Assembly (NCBI RefSeq): GCF_006345805.1
Contig: NC_043007.1
Coordinates: 17,236,001 to 17,300,000 of the forward strand
Direction of reading: 5' to 3'
DNA: 64,000 bases
Source: Octopus sinensis
Lineage: Eukaryota
Shown: positions 12,124-23,945 of the stretch, in pieces
How the letters are laid out: every line of letters begins with the position of its first letter
Numbering within the stretch: the stretch's first letter is position 1
Made by a program: the position numbers and the translations under genes
The notes under the pieces: model-generated
The model's input: the letters and a program-made list of their open reading frames with translations, nothing else
The model's database searches: none
Told to the model about the DNA's origin: nothing

Positions 12124-12595
12124 AATAATAATAATGATGATGAAATTATTGTATACAGTGCTCAGGTGCACCACAACTTGTCAAAAGTGCGTATAAAGCA
12201 TATCCAGTAATGTACAAATGTCTGGAAAGTGAACAGTGTATGAGTCAGATACATGCTTGCGTGTGTATGGAGGGGAGAAAATCAGGTGTAGTGTTGGTGA
12301 ATCTCAGGAAGCATGGAAGTTTTGAAGGATGCAGTGCTCCGACAACTAGCAACTGATGTCAGCAGTTTGTTCCATGCTTCAGCAACTCTTAGCGTGAAAA
12401 AGTGTTTCCGAAAGTCATGGGAGCTGTGCTGTTTTCTGACTTTGTAATCATGTCCACGGGTGTTAAGACAGGTGGAGTTTGAAAAGGTGCTCAGAGTTAT
12501 TGCTTGTAAGATGGTTAATAATTTTATGGATGTCTGCCAAGTCAGCTGCCAGACGTCAGAGTTTCAATGTATCCATGCCCAGGGATGTAAGCTAC
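12124..12595 (-). mobile_element. CR1-type LINE 3' end
   Basis: Reverse complement of the 10455-10850 sequence, extending further 5'. Confidence 0.85.
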
Positions 12596-12787
12596 TTTAT
12601 TGATTTTTTAAAATATATATATAAATTCATATATATATTTTTTAAAATATATATATGAATTGCTAAATATTCCATTACTGTATTGTTTTGTTTAAAATGT
12701 CTTGTCTGACTGTATTGTCGTTGCTGGAAGACTATTTAATTATTGTAATTATATTCCTGTTTTTTTTTTCTTCTTCTTTCTTTGTAG

Positions 12788-12989
12788 GTTATGGGTCAGG
12801 AAGCTACATGGGACAGGAAGAGTTATCCCTACCCCCTGGCTGGTCTTTAGACTGGACTGTACGTGGACGCAAATACTATATCGATCACAATACACAAACT
12901 ACGCATTGGAGCCATCCTTTTGAGAAAGATAACTTACCAATGGGATGGGAGAGGATAGAATCAAAAGAATATGGTGTATTTTATGTCAA
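12788..12989 (+). CDS. SAV1: Salvador/SAV1 exon encoding WW1 and the first half of WW2
   Basis: Acceptor tttgtAG at 12786-12787 and donor GTaaga at 12990. Translation [57 protein letters not shown] closely matches the SAV1 tandem WW region. Confidence 0.97.
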
Positions 12990-13298
12990 GTAAGATTCCA
13001 CTCTGCTCAGATTTTCTTTGTTTCTTCATGGCAGTCTGTTAAGATTAGCAGTGACACATCTGAATGAAAGATGGTCTTCTGATTGGAATTATAATATATA
13101 TTGCAGATTTTCACTGAGTCATTACTTCTACTTTGAGATCTAGTAGCATGAAGAGGTGAAAATGGCTAGAAACCTAGGGTTGCTAGAACTCTGCTCTTAA
13201 TCTGCTAAAGATCACTAAGTATTCTCCTTTCATGTTTGATTTTTAGAACCTTTATAATCTTTTGTCAGTGTAGTTGCAACATAGTTCTTAAAACATAC

Positions 13299-13728
13299 AG
13301 CGTGATCGTTGCTAAAGCAGCTAACAGAGCGTGATCGTTGCCAGAGCAGCTAACTGACTTCCATGCTGGTGGCACATAAAAAGCACCATTCGAGCGTGAT
13401 CGTTACCAGTGTTGCCTTACTGGCACTTGTGCCGGTGGCACACGAAAAAAACATTCGATAGAGGTCGTTGCCAGTGCTGCTGGACTGGCTCCTGTGCAGG
13501 TGGCATGTAAAAAACGCCATTTGAGCATGGCCCTCGTGCTGGTGGCACGTAAAAAGCACCCACTACACTCTCAGAGTGGTTGGCGTTTGGAAGGGCATCC
13601 AACTGTAGAAACTCTGCCAGATCAGATTGGAGCCTGGTGCAGCCATCTGGTTTGCCAGTCCTCAGTCAAACCATCCAACCCATGCTAGCATGGAAAGCGG
13701 ACGTTAAATGATGATGATGATGGTGATA
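13299..13728 (+). mobile_element. SINE-like family C copy
   Basis: Modules, core and (GAT)n tail. Confidence 0.85.
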
Positions 13729-14125
13729 GCTGTCAAGGACAATTATGGGGTCTATATAATCCAATTAGTTGTTTGGGATAGTTTTGAACCGAATGAATGA
13801 AAAATTTTATAGCTAATTGTATTATTTTTACTGTATTGTGTAGCTTCGTTTGGAGGCTTGAATTAAAGTGAAGTGTTGTGCACTAGTAAGTAATTTGAAA
13901 ACAAAACTGTGTTTCTTAACGACTGTATTATCCAAGTACCACCAAAGTGTAGCATGGCAATCTCCTGTCAACAGCCTTCTTATGGATTATATTCTAAACT
14001 AATCAAGTGGATTCAAAGCTTCTGTATGAGGTGTCCTGGATTTACTTCTGCTGACAGTGTCCTTCCATCAGTCATCTCTGAGTATATTTAGTTCACATGC
14101 CCATGATAATACTACACCTCCAGTG

Positions 14126-14344
14126 AAGGTGGCGAGCTGGCAGAAACGTCAGCATGCCAGGCGAAATGCTTAGCGGTATTTCGTCTGCCGTTACGTTCTG
14201 AGTTCAAATTCCGCCGAGGTCGACTTTGCCTTCCATCCTTTCGGGATCTATTAAATAAGTACCAGTTACGCCCTGAGGTCGATGTAATTGACTTAAGCCC
14301 TTTGTCCCCTCTATGTTTAGCCCCTTGTGGGTAGTAAAGAAATA
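14126..14344 (+). mobile_element. SINE family B copy
   Basis: Full head-to-tail copy; TSD gataatact(t)acacctccagtg at 14105-14125 / 14345-14366. Confidence 0.9.
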
Positions 14345-15412
14345 GATAATACTTACACCTCCAGTGTTTAAGCATAATGTTCGCTGCTAACATCAGCAAC
14401 TCTTCCTCTTCTCTTTCCTCCATGGAAAACTGATAATCTTGTAATGTTTCATAACACTTTAACATTATTTATTTCCACAAAGATCAGTTTATATCCCCAG
14501 GATCCTTTTGGCAACACATAGTGCATGAAGTTTCTTAAATCCCTCACATTTTAAAAAGTGTCTAGACATTAAATTTCTACGATGCTGTTGACAAAAAAGA
14601 AAAAAGATTCTAATTAGAAACATTGAATTTCTAAATGTCTCAAAGAGACATGAGTGGTGGTGGAGCGATAGAGTGGTTGTATACTGTCAACATAATGTGA
14701 CAGTCCCATAGAGGGAATTACACCACCATTATATAGCCCTAGGAAGCATCGATACTTCCTGTCGGCTTTGAAAAGGGGAGGCAAGCACCCCCACCAGCCA
14801 GGACCAGCAACCTGAATCATGCATGTTTCTGGGTATTGCCCGTCATCAGTTCAGGGTAGCGTGTCCCCGTTAGCAGTGATACTTACCAAGCCTTTGCAAA
14901 TATATCTATTTACAGTGAAATTTATTCACTGGTCACTGTAATTAGAAATTCTAAATTTCACAAAAATTCTAAATTCTAAATTACATGTGTGTAGCTCAGA
15001 GATCAGGAAGTCTCCCCAGTTTGAACTATTACTTCTCTGCATCAAAAGATCGTGGTTCTGGTACTACTGACATATGGTTATAATATCACCAGAAGGGATC
15101 AAAAGACAGATTCTTCAAGCTGAACCAACTGGTAGGAGACCTAGGGAGTAGACCAAGAATGAGTTGGCTGGACAATAGCCATGGTCTCAGCTGGTCATAC
15201 TAGGGAATCCAGCCAGAAAGTCCAATGATGGCTGCTTTTGATGGGATCCTATGAGGAAGGTGCCTGAGGACTCTATCCTCATGACCCTTTCAGGAGTAAT
15301 GGATGGCGAAGATGGATGGATGGGTGAATTTTACAAAATCTGTAATTCTTATTTTTAAAAAATTCCCAATGCTAAATTACTAATTAATGACTTTTGTTTT
15401 CATTTTTTTCAG

Positions 15413-15570
15413 TTATATTTTGAAAGTTGCCCAATACCATCATCCTTGTGCTCCAGTTTTACCACATCAACAGAACATGATCTGCGCCCCACAAGAACTA
15501 GTTATCCCGAAACAGATAGAGTACAGACAATCTAATTTGTTGGTGCCAGCTAACCCATATTTACATGAAG
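15413..15570 (+). CDS. SAV1: Salvador/SAV1 exon completing WW2 and the linker
   Basis: Acceptor catttttttcAG at 15411-15412 and donor GTaaga at 15571. The phase-2 junction gives ...FYV-N-YILKVAQYHHPCAP...LLVPANPYLHE; AQYxHPC and LVPANPY are SAV1 hallmarks. Confidence 0.95.
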
Positions 15571-15625
15571 GTAAGAGCAAATAATTTTAATGAGTATTCT
15601 ATAATGCTATATAACAAAGTCTTAT

Positions 15626-15720
15626 CACACACACCTTGGGCAAGTGTCTTCTACTATAGCCTCAGGCCAACCAAAGCCTTGTGAGTGGATTTGGTAGACA
15701 GAAACTGAAAGAAGCCCGTC

Positions 15721-15782
<62 letters not shown>

Positions 15783-16025
15783 TATATATATTTATATGTA
15801 TGTATGTATGTGTTTGTGTGTCTGTGTTTGTCATCCTAACGTTGCTTGACAACTGATGGTGGTGTGTTTACGTCCCTGTAAATTAGCAGTTCGGCAAAAG
15901 AGACCGATAGAATAAGTACTAGGCTTATAAAGAATAAGTCCTGGGGTCGATTTGCTCAACTAAAGGCGGTGCTCCAGCATGGCCGCAGTGAAATGACTGA
16001 AACAAGTAAAATAAAAGAAAAGATA
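15626..16025 (+). mobile_element. SINE family A copy (5' truncated) with (TA)n expansion
   Basis: Family A core and tail; begins about 55 nt after the donor at 15571. Confidence 0.85.
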
Positions 16026-16335
16026 AATGCTTTTGACTGCCTTGTTTGCATGCAAAGGGCATTTCCCTTTCCCCCCCTATTTTTTTGATTGACCTATTTA
16101 TTATTTTTTTTACCTCCTGCCAACTTGCCCTAAATCAGCCAAGCTGCCAAAAGGGCTTAATCCGATTTTTATGCAATTTCTGAAAAAAAATTTTTTTGTA
16201 ATCTTTACTTATTGTAATCAATAAAAAAAATATTCAATGTAAATTGGATTAATAAATTTATTATTATTATTATTATTATTAAATCAATATTTATTTAAAA
16301 CATTTTAAAGACTTCCACCATATTTCTCTTTGCAG

Positions 16336-16397
16336 AAATTCCAGACTGGATGTATATTTACTGCAAAGCCAATCAGGACCATGATCACAAATTAAAG
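16336..16397 (+). CDS. SAV1: Salvador/SAV1 62-nt exon preceding the SARAH domain
   Basis: Acceptor tttctctttgcAG at 16334-16335 and donor GTaatt at 16398. Encodes (E)IPDWMYIYCKANQDHDHKLK, matching the SAV1 EIPDW...DH.LK segment. Too short for the ORF track. Confidence 0.95.
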
Positions 16398-16740
16398 GTA
16401 ATTATATACAGATTATGTGTGTGTGTGTGTGCAATGACTGAGGTAAAGATGATGCTAGTTTACAGACCAGTATAGTCGTAATTTCTCACTACGCCCGTTG
16501 TATATCGTCTCTGAACAAGGTACATAACTCTGCATGACTCATAAGGTTTCTAACTATTGATCTTATTTTGAAAGTTTTTCTTGCCATTCACTTGTACTTA
16601 TTCCAATGTATGTAACAGTCCTGAACTGGTTTTGAGCTAGAAAACTTTATTTTTTGACTAAGGATAGCATCTACTTGACCACTACACATATGTTAGTGAT
16701 CTAGTGAATAAGAACATTACTATTTTAGTACTACATGTGT

Positions 16741-17310
16741 ATCATCATCATCATCGTTTAACGTCTGTTTTCCATGCTGGCATGGGTTGGACTGTTTGAC
16801 TGAGGTCTGGAAAGCCAGCAATTACACCAGGCTCCAATCTTGATCTGGCAGAGTTTCTACAGCTGGATGCCCTTCCTAACGCCAACCACTCTGAGAGTGT
16901 GGTGGGTGCTTTTTACATTCCACCGGCACAGGAGCCAGTCAGGTGGGCGTGGCCTTGGCCACATTCAGATGGTGCTTTTTATGTGCCACCTGCACAGGAG
17001 CCAGACAGGGGGGCACTGGCAATGACCACATTCGGATGATGCATTTTATGTGCCATTGGAACAGGAGCCAGTCAGGGTGCACTGGCCACAGCTACGATTT
17101 TGGTTTTACTTAACTCAACAGGTCTTCTCAAGCATATCATATCGCCCAACGTATCAAGGGTACTTTTGAATGGGCCGGACATGCAACACTAGCATCAGCC
17201 ATGGCTGCGACCTCACTTTAGTAGCTGGGTCTCCTCAATCACAGCATATCTCCAAAGGTCTCGGTCTCCTGTCATTGCCTCTGTGGGGCCCAACATTCGA
17301 AGGTCAAGTA
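16741..17310 (-). mobile_element. SINE-like family C copy (long variant)
   Basis: (CAT)n tract, reverse-complement core and modules. Confidence 0.8.
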
Positions 17311-17604
17311 AAACATTTTTATGATGATCAGCGATGAACCTGTTTGAAATGTAGTGTCAATTTAGTCTCAAAAGTTCAGAAAATTATAACCTTAACAATA
17401 GATATTTAGATACTACAGTTTACTTGATTGATATACTGGTTCCATTCTTACTGCATTGTGGATTCGTTAGTAGCAGGAACAACACCAATATGTAAAAGTA
17501 ATTACTTTAGCAAAAACTTATCCATCCATATAAACGTAGAATTGATGTAACCATTCTCTCCATTCAAGAAACAAAAATGCTCAAGCACAGAATTGCTTTG
17601 AATG

Positions 17605-17990
17605 TAGTCAGGCGTGGGTGTGTGGTAAGAAGCTTGCTTCCCAACCACATGGTTCCAGGTTCAATCCCACTGTGTGACACCTTGGGGAAGTGTCTTCTAT
17701 ACTATAGCCTTGGGCCAACCAAAGACTTGTGAGTGGATTTATCAGATGGAAACTGAAAGAAGCCTGTCATATATATCTATGCGTGTCTTTGTGTCTGGTT
17801 GTCCCCACCACCATCGCCTGACAACCAGTGTTGGTATGTTTATGTCCCTGTGACTTAGTGGTTCAGCACAAGGGACCGGTAGAATAAGTACCAGGCTTAC
17901 AAACAATAAGTCCTGGGGTTGATTTCTTTGACTAAAAGCAAGTGCTCCAGCATGGCTGCAATCAAATGACTGAAACCTGTAAAAGAATAA
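17605..17990 (+). mobile_element. SINE family A copy
   Basis: Head ggcgtgggtgtgtggtaag...ggttcaatccc, core and tail. Confidence 0.85.
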
Positions 17991-18185
17991 ATTATGTAGG
18001 AGACAGTGTGTATTGTGTGTGTGTGGATTGTGATTGCAAGGTCATTAGGACAGCAAAGCATCTTATTTTACTTATTTCAGTCAATCTACTTGAAAATAGG
18101 TTCTGTTACAGGAGTGAGAAATGGGTCTCTAGCTGTGAGAAATGTTTCTCTAACAATTAGTTTATAAAGATCTGATGTTTATGTA

Positions 18186-18792
18186 ATCATCATCATCGTC
18201 GTTTAACGTCCGCTTTCCATGCTGGCATGGGTTGGACGATTTGACTGAGGACTGGCGAACCAGATGGCTGCGCCAGGCTCCAATCTTGATCTGGCAGAGT
18301 TTCTACAGCTGGATGCCCTTCCTAACGCCAACCACTCCGAGAGTGTAGTGGGTGCTTTTATGTGCCACCGGCACGAGGGCCAGTCCGGTGGTTCTGGCAG
18401 CAGTCATGGAAAATCGTGTTTTTTTTTTATGTGTCACCTGCACACCGGCACAAGTGCCAGTAAGGTGACGCTGGTAACGATCCCACTCGAATGGTGCCTT
18501 TTATGTGCCACCGGCACAAGTGCCAGTAAGGCGACGCTGGTAACGATCCCACTCGAATGGTGCTTTTATGTGCCACCGGCACAAATGCCAGTTAGCTGCT
18601 CTGGCAACGATCATGCTGATGTCATGTAAAGAGCACTCAGCCCACTGAGTGGTTGGTATTAGGAGGGCATCTAGCTGTAAACACCATACCAAAACAGAGT
18701 AGCCTGGTGTTGTCTCCTACCTGGCTGGATCCTGTCAAATCGTCCAACCCATGCCAGCATGGAAGGCAAATGTTAAATGATGATGATGATAA
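18186..18792. mobile_element. Inverted pair of family C copies (minus 18186-about 18625, plus about 18625-18792)
   Basis: (CAT)n at the left end and (GAT)n at the right end, with complementary family C cores. Confidence 0.8.
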
Positions 18793-19610
18793 TTATAAAC
18801 ATCTAATGTTCATGTATGAGGGTGCATGATCTAATGTTTAGGTTGTTGCACTCGTAATCACCAGATTGTGAGTTCAATTTCTGGACTGGGCAGTGTGTTG
18901 CATTCTTCAGCAAAACACTTCGTTCCATGTTGCTCTAGTGCTGTGTGGGGCCCAGCATTTCAAAAAATAGATCTAATGTTACCTCTGTGTGTCGTAAAGG
19001 GTGACCAAAAGAGGTTGAGTTAGGATTTACACTCTGACCCCAAATCCCTTGCCAGCAACAACTACCCAAATGGCAGTATTGTCATCTGAGTGGTGCAAAG
19101 AAGTTATCTGCCAGGAGTAAGGAATCATATGTTGGAGAGAACAATCTTTCCATGGGCGGTTCTGTGAGAATTGTAAATTTAGGATGAAAGCAGACAAAAT
19201 TGCTTTGTTTAATAAAATGGTCGATGCGACAACATGCTGGTACAGCATTGGCCCCAATGTCAATGTTGACAATCAATAGGAATTCTATTTAATTTAATAT
19301 TGATAACAGATTAAATTACCTTACATCATCTGTGCATTGTATTAACACACTTGCACAATCAAACTCTGCTACTAGCATTGCATTGTTTCCTTCAGGTAAA
19401 TATCATCATCATCATCATCATCATCGTTGTTGTCGTTTTAACATCCACTTTTTTGTGTTTGCATGGGTTGGATGGATTTTTCTATGGCCTGATGCCCTTC
19501 TTGCTGCCAACTCTTACCTGTTTCCAAGCAAGGTAATATCTCCCCATGGCCAGACATATTTTCTCAGAATACTGGAAATGAACAACATTCATTTACAACA
19601 ATCACAACAA

Positions 19611-19647
<37 letters not shown>

Positions 19648-19777
19648 CTTCTCAACCACTTGGTTCCAGGTTCAGTCCCATTACATAATTCCTTGAGTAA
19701 ATGTCTTCTGCTATAGCCATAGGCTGACCAAAGCCTTTGTGAGTAGATTTGGTTGACAGAAACTGAAGGAAGCCAGT

Positions 19778-19825
<48 letters not shown>

Positions 19826-20109
19826 GTTATGTGTTTTTGTGTTTGTCCCTCTCAACCTCACCACCACCACCACTTCTTGACAACCAGTATTGGTGTTTAT
19901 ATCCTTGTAACTTAGTGATTCAGCAAAAAAGACTAACAGAATAAGTGCCAGACTTAACAAAAAATAAGTACTGGGGTTGATTTGATTGACTAAAAATTCT
20001 TCAAGGCTGTGCCCCAGCATGGCCGCAGTCAGATGACTGAAACAAGCAAAAGACAAAGATTGTCCAACACTATGATGAAGAAAGAAAAATTATATGAATG
20101 CAAACTTTT

Positions 20110-20356
20110 TGTTGTGTCTGGGGAGAGTCATTTTCTTTTTGTGCCTTATAATGTAACACACTCACTGGTAAAATCTCCACTTATTTCTTATTTTTATTTT
20201 CCTAAAATTTTTGATGCGTCTTGCATCCTTTTCAGTAGTCTTGACTCTGTCCGAAAATTTTAGGAAAATAAAAATAAGAAATAAGTGGAAATTTTACCGG
20301 TGAGTGTGTTACATTATAAAGGCACAAAAAGAAAATGACTCTCCCCAGACACAACA
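20110..20356. mobile_element. Fold-back/MITE-like element with about 100-bp inverted arms
   Basis: tgttgtgtctggggagagtcattttc... is complementary to ...gaaaatgactctccccagacacaaca, with two substitutions seen and a spacer of about 40 nt. Confidence 0.8.
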
Positions 20357-21316
20357 GAATATGCTTCAACACACGAACTCATATTAAGAACCTTGCAAAC
20401 CAAATCCCAAAACGAAACTTTAATTTGTTTCCTTATTAACAAAAGTGCGGGTTAGATAATTAATAATGGAGAGAGAAATTTTCAGTAATAGGAAGGGTGT
20501 GACCTGAGACTTCTCACTTTAAAAACCTCTGGCCTTGATCACAGAAGTGAATTTAGCATCTCAACAAAGCTGTCCTTTATCCCATAACCTCCAGTTTAAA
20601 TCTGATTTTACTAATTAACAACCAGTGTGACTGGTGTACCTAAGAATTTGATTCCCAGTCCTGATTTACAAGTGTGAGATACCAAAATAATTTTTCTCAA
20701 TTACTTATTGTAACCTAGACCTTAATATATTGATTATCATTGTCAGCTGGTTTGGAATTTTCTCACACCTATATTCCTTCTTCTGAATATAAGTAGGGCA
20801 GTATTCAGATTTGAATAGTTCAAGCCACAGTTGGCTGGTATGTGTGTATAAGTACGCATATATTACTCTTATGTCAGTCATTATGCTGTGGCCATGCTGG
20901 GGGGGCACTGTCTTAAGTCAATCATATTAGCCCCAGTACTTATTTTTTATGATAAAAAAATCTACAGATAGAGAAGGACATTCTACTACTATGTTCTTAA
21001 TGATGAAATTAACTTCTCTGTCTATATATCTACCCTCTTTGTAATGTTGGCAAATGAAATAAGTATAAAAATGTACATTGTCCATTTAATTAAAAAATTC
21101 TATATGTGGCTGAAGATTGCTCAACATTTTAAAACTGATGTAATACTTACATTGTTTAATAAAATGAAGTAGCATGAAACGATTGTACTACACTACCTTG
21201 GATATCCTTGTTGCTTATTTTGATTATAATCACCCCATTTGATTTATATGGATAATATCATACCAAATTCTGGTGCCTTTAACTTAAGTACCATATTCAT
21301 CTGAACCTAAATTTTG

Positions 21317-21348
<32 letters not shown>

Positions 21349-21350
<2 letters not shown>

Positions 21351-22123
21351 TAGCAGTATCGCCTGGCGTTGCTCGGGTTTGTAAGGGAAATAACTATATA
21401 AGCATTTTTAGAGATGTAAAGTATAATAGCCATCTCAATATGGCTAACCACAAAGGGGGGGGTGTTACTGTAGCTTTTTACGTTCTGAGATTTAATAATA
21501 AATTTTTAGAGAGTTACTTCCCTTATATATGCCAAAAATGCATTAAAAATGGGAAAAATTGATGGTAAATTTTTTTTAAATCATAGACTCATCGTAGACG
21601 CGCGCTAATACCCAGAAGGGCTCGATATGAATCACGACTATAAGATACCCGGTTTTGGTTAAACTGCACCGCAAAATGTGGGAGTAGTTAGGAATCTAAA
21701 TCGTAGGAGACAGACACTCACACAACTACAGTTTTATATTTATAGATATATAAAACTGTAGTTGTGTGAGTGTCTGTTACCTTCGATTTAGATTCCTAAC
21801 TACTCCCACATTTTGCGGTGCAGTTTAACCAAAACCGGGTATCTTATAGTCGTGATTCATATCGAGCCCTTCTGGGTATTAGCGCGCGTCTACGATTTAA
21901 AAAAAAATTTACTATAATTTTTTATTCCATTTTAATGCATTTTTCGCTATTATATAAGGGAAGTAACTCTCTAAAAATGTCTACGATGAGTCAACGATTT
22001 AAAAAAAAAAATTACCATAATTTTTTATTCCATTTTTAATGCATTTTTTGCTATAACTCACTAAAAATGCTTATATAGTTATTTCCCTTACAAACCCGAG
22101 CAACGCCGGGCGATACTGCTAGT
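21349..22123. mobile_element. Tail-to-tail inverted pair of Helitron-like elements (subfamily B)
   Basis: The ACTAGCAGTATCGCC terminus occurs at both outer ends in opposite orientation; symmetry centre about 21745; third copy at 39970-40268. Confidence 0.8.
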
Positions 22124-22185
22124 ATAAAGATATATATATTTATATATGTATATATTTATTTAATTTTGCTGTTGTTCTCTTTCAG

Positions 22186-22380
22186 TGGCCATTGTTCCGT
22201 TTGGGGGAACTGGAATACTTTGACGCCCTCCTCACACGTCTCTACAAACAAGAACTCCAGAACATTGTCATGCAGTATGAAAACCATCGGACTAATTTGC
22301 TCCGCGAAGTAGAGAAACGGAAAATCGAGAAAGAAAACATGGAACGAGCTCTTTTACAGAAGCGAGAAACCAACATTTGA
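22186..22380 (+). CDS. SAV1: Salvador/SAV1 terminal coding exon, SARAH coiled-coil domain
   Basis: Acceptor gttctctttcAG at 22184-22185, phase 0. Encodes WPLFRLGELEYFDALLTRLYKQELQNIVMQYENHRTNLLREVEKRK...ETNI, stop TGA at 22378-22380. Confidence 0.96.
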   Translation, partial: WPLFRLGELEYFDALLTRLYKQELQNIVMQYENHRTNLLREVEKRKIEKENMERALLQKRETNI

Positions 22381-23131
22381 AAGAAGCAAGCAGAACGAAG
22401 ACCGTTCTTGAACAGTAACATGTTTGTGATTAGTATTATCCAATACCTGTCCTAATCTACTGCAATAATAATAATGCTATACTTCTCTTAATTAACATTT
22501 AAAAGTTGTACATTCTATGACCCCCATTCATAATTTATTTGATATAAACAAACAAAGCAAAACGAACTTAACAAATTTGTTGCCCCACCTTCTTATTCAG
22601 ACATGGACTTTTTTTTTTCCATGGGGTTTTAATACAATGGTATGGTCCTTTTTATTATTTTGTGTGTGTGTGTGTGTGTGTGTGAGTCTGCATTACAAGG
22701 CCATTATAAAATACTAAGATAATGCCTTGAGTTTTAGAAGAGCAGCACCTGTAGTGATTTAAGTTGGTTAATGTGATACAACCAATGAAATCTCACAACG
22801 AATTGGTAAAACTACTCTTCAGTGTGTACACACGCACACACACACAACACACACACACACACATACACACACACACATACACACACACACATACACACAC
22901 ACACATACACACACACACATACACACACACATACATACACACACATGCATATATATGTATATATAGCATATATGTGTTTGTATTTTATATATGTGTGTAT
23001 ATATAACAATTTTAAAATATACTATATGTACATATATATATGTATATATATAATATGAATAATTTGAGATATATTCTATATGTATGTGTGTGTATGTACG
23101 TATGTATATATATATATATGCATATGATATA

Positions 23132-23460
23132 CAGTGGAACCCCAGTTTACAAATTTCATTCATTCTTGAAGGAAGGCTTTTTGTCACCCAAAATGTTCAT
23201 AAACCGAAACTATTTTCCCCATATGAAATTCAAGAGAAGGGCTCAGCAAATTCAAGCAGGGATGTGCTCTGAGCAAAAGCTAGACCGTAACCGACATTCT
23301 CCCCCTGATGTCCCCAGCTTGTCGCCAACCATTGTTGATGGCTTATGTGTTCATTACTTGAAAACACTGTTTGTCATTGAAGGTGTTTTCTGTTCGAAAA
23401 ATTGTTTCGTAAATCCAGTTTGTTTGTGATGAGAGGCATACGTAAACCAAGGTTCCACTG
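23132..23460. mobile_element. TcMar/Tigger-like MITE
   Basis: TA|CAGTGGAACCCCAGTTTAC ... GTAAACCAAGGTTCCACTG|TA: terminal inverted repeats with a TA TSD. Confidence 0.85.
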
Positions 23461-23945
23461 TAATTACATATATATATATATATATATATATATAGATATG
23501 TATATATATTTACACACACATGCATACTTTTATATTTATAGAGACTGAAGAAGGAATTTCTTTCTTCTTGCTCTTAAAAGAGAGAAGACCACCAGAATAG
23601 ACGCACACTGTGTGTTGTTGAGAATTCTACAGAGAAATGATTCAGCGTGTCGATGGGTTAGATGTCAGTATGAACTTATTGGTTTATGCTGGTGTTGAAA
23701 TGTGATAATATTATGCTGAAGAACTGTGATAGCATTACATTAGATCAGCTACAGGACCGTTACAAGATGTCTGTTTCCTGGTATGCTTCTTCTGTCGCTG
23801 AAGTTCTAAGATGGAATAAGTGGGTTTTTTTTTTCTTTCTTTTTTTTTTTTTTTAACTACAATGTACTGATCAGCATTGTGGTTGCAATGATAGCTGTCT
23901 TGTATGTACTGGTCAGCATAGTAGCTTACTTGTAATTGTTGAACC

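Noticed and set aside
14620-14880. GC-richer intronic segment considered as a possible LINE 5' UTR or HDV-like ribozyme
   Set aside because: The nested double pseudoknot could not be assembled by eye.
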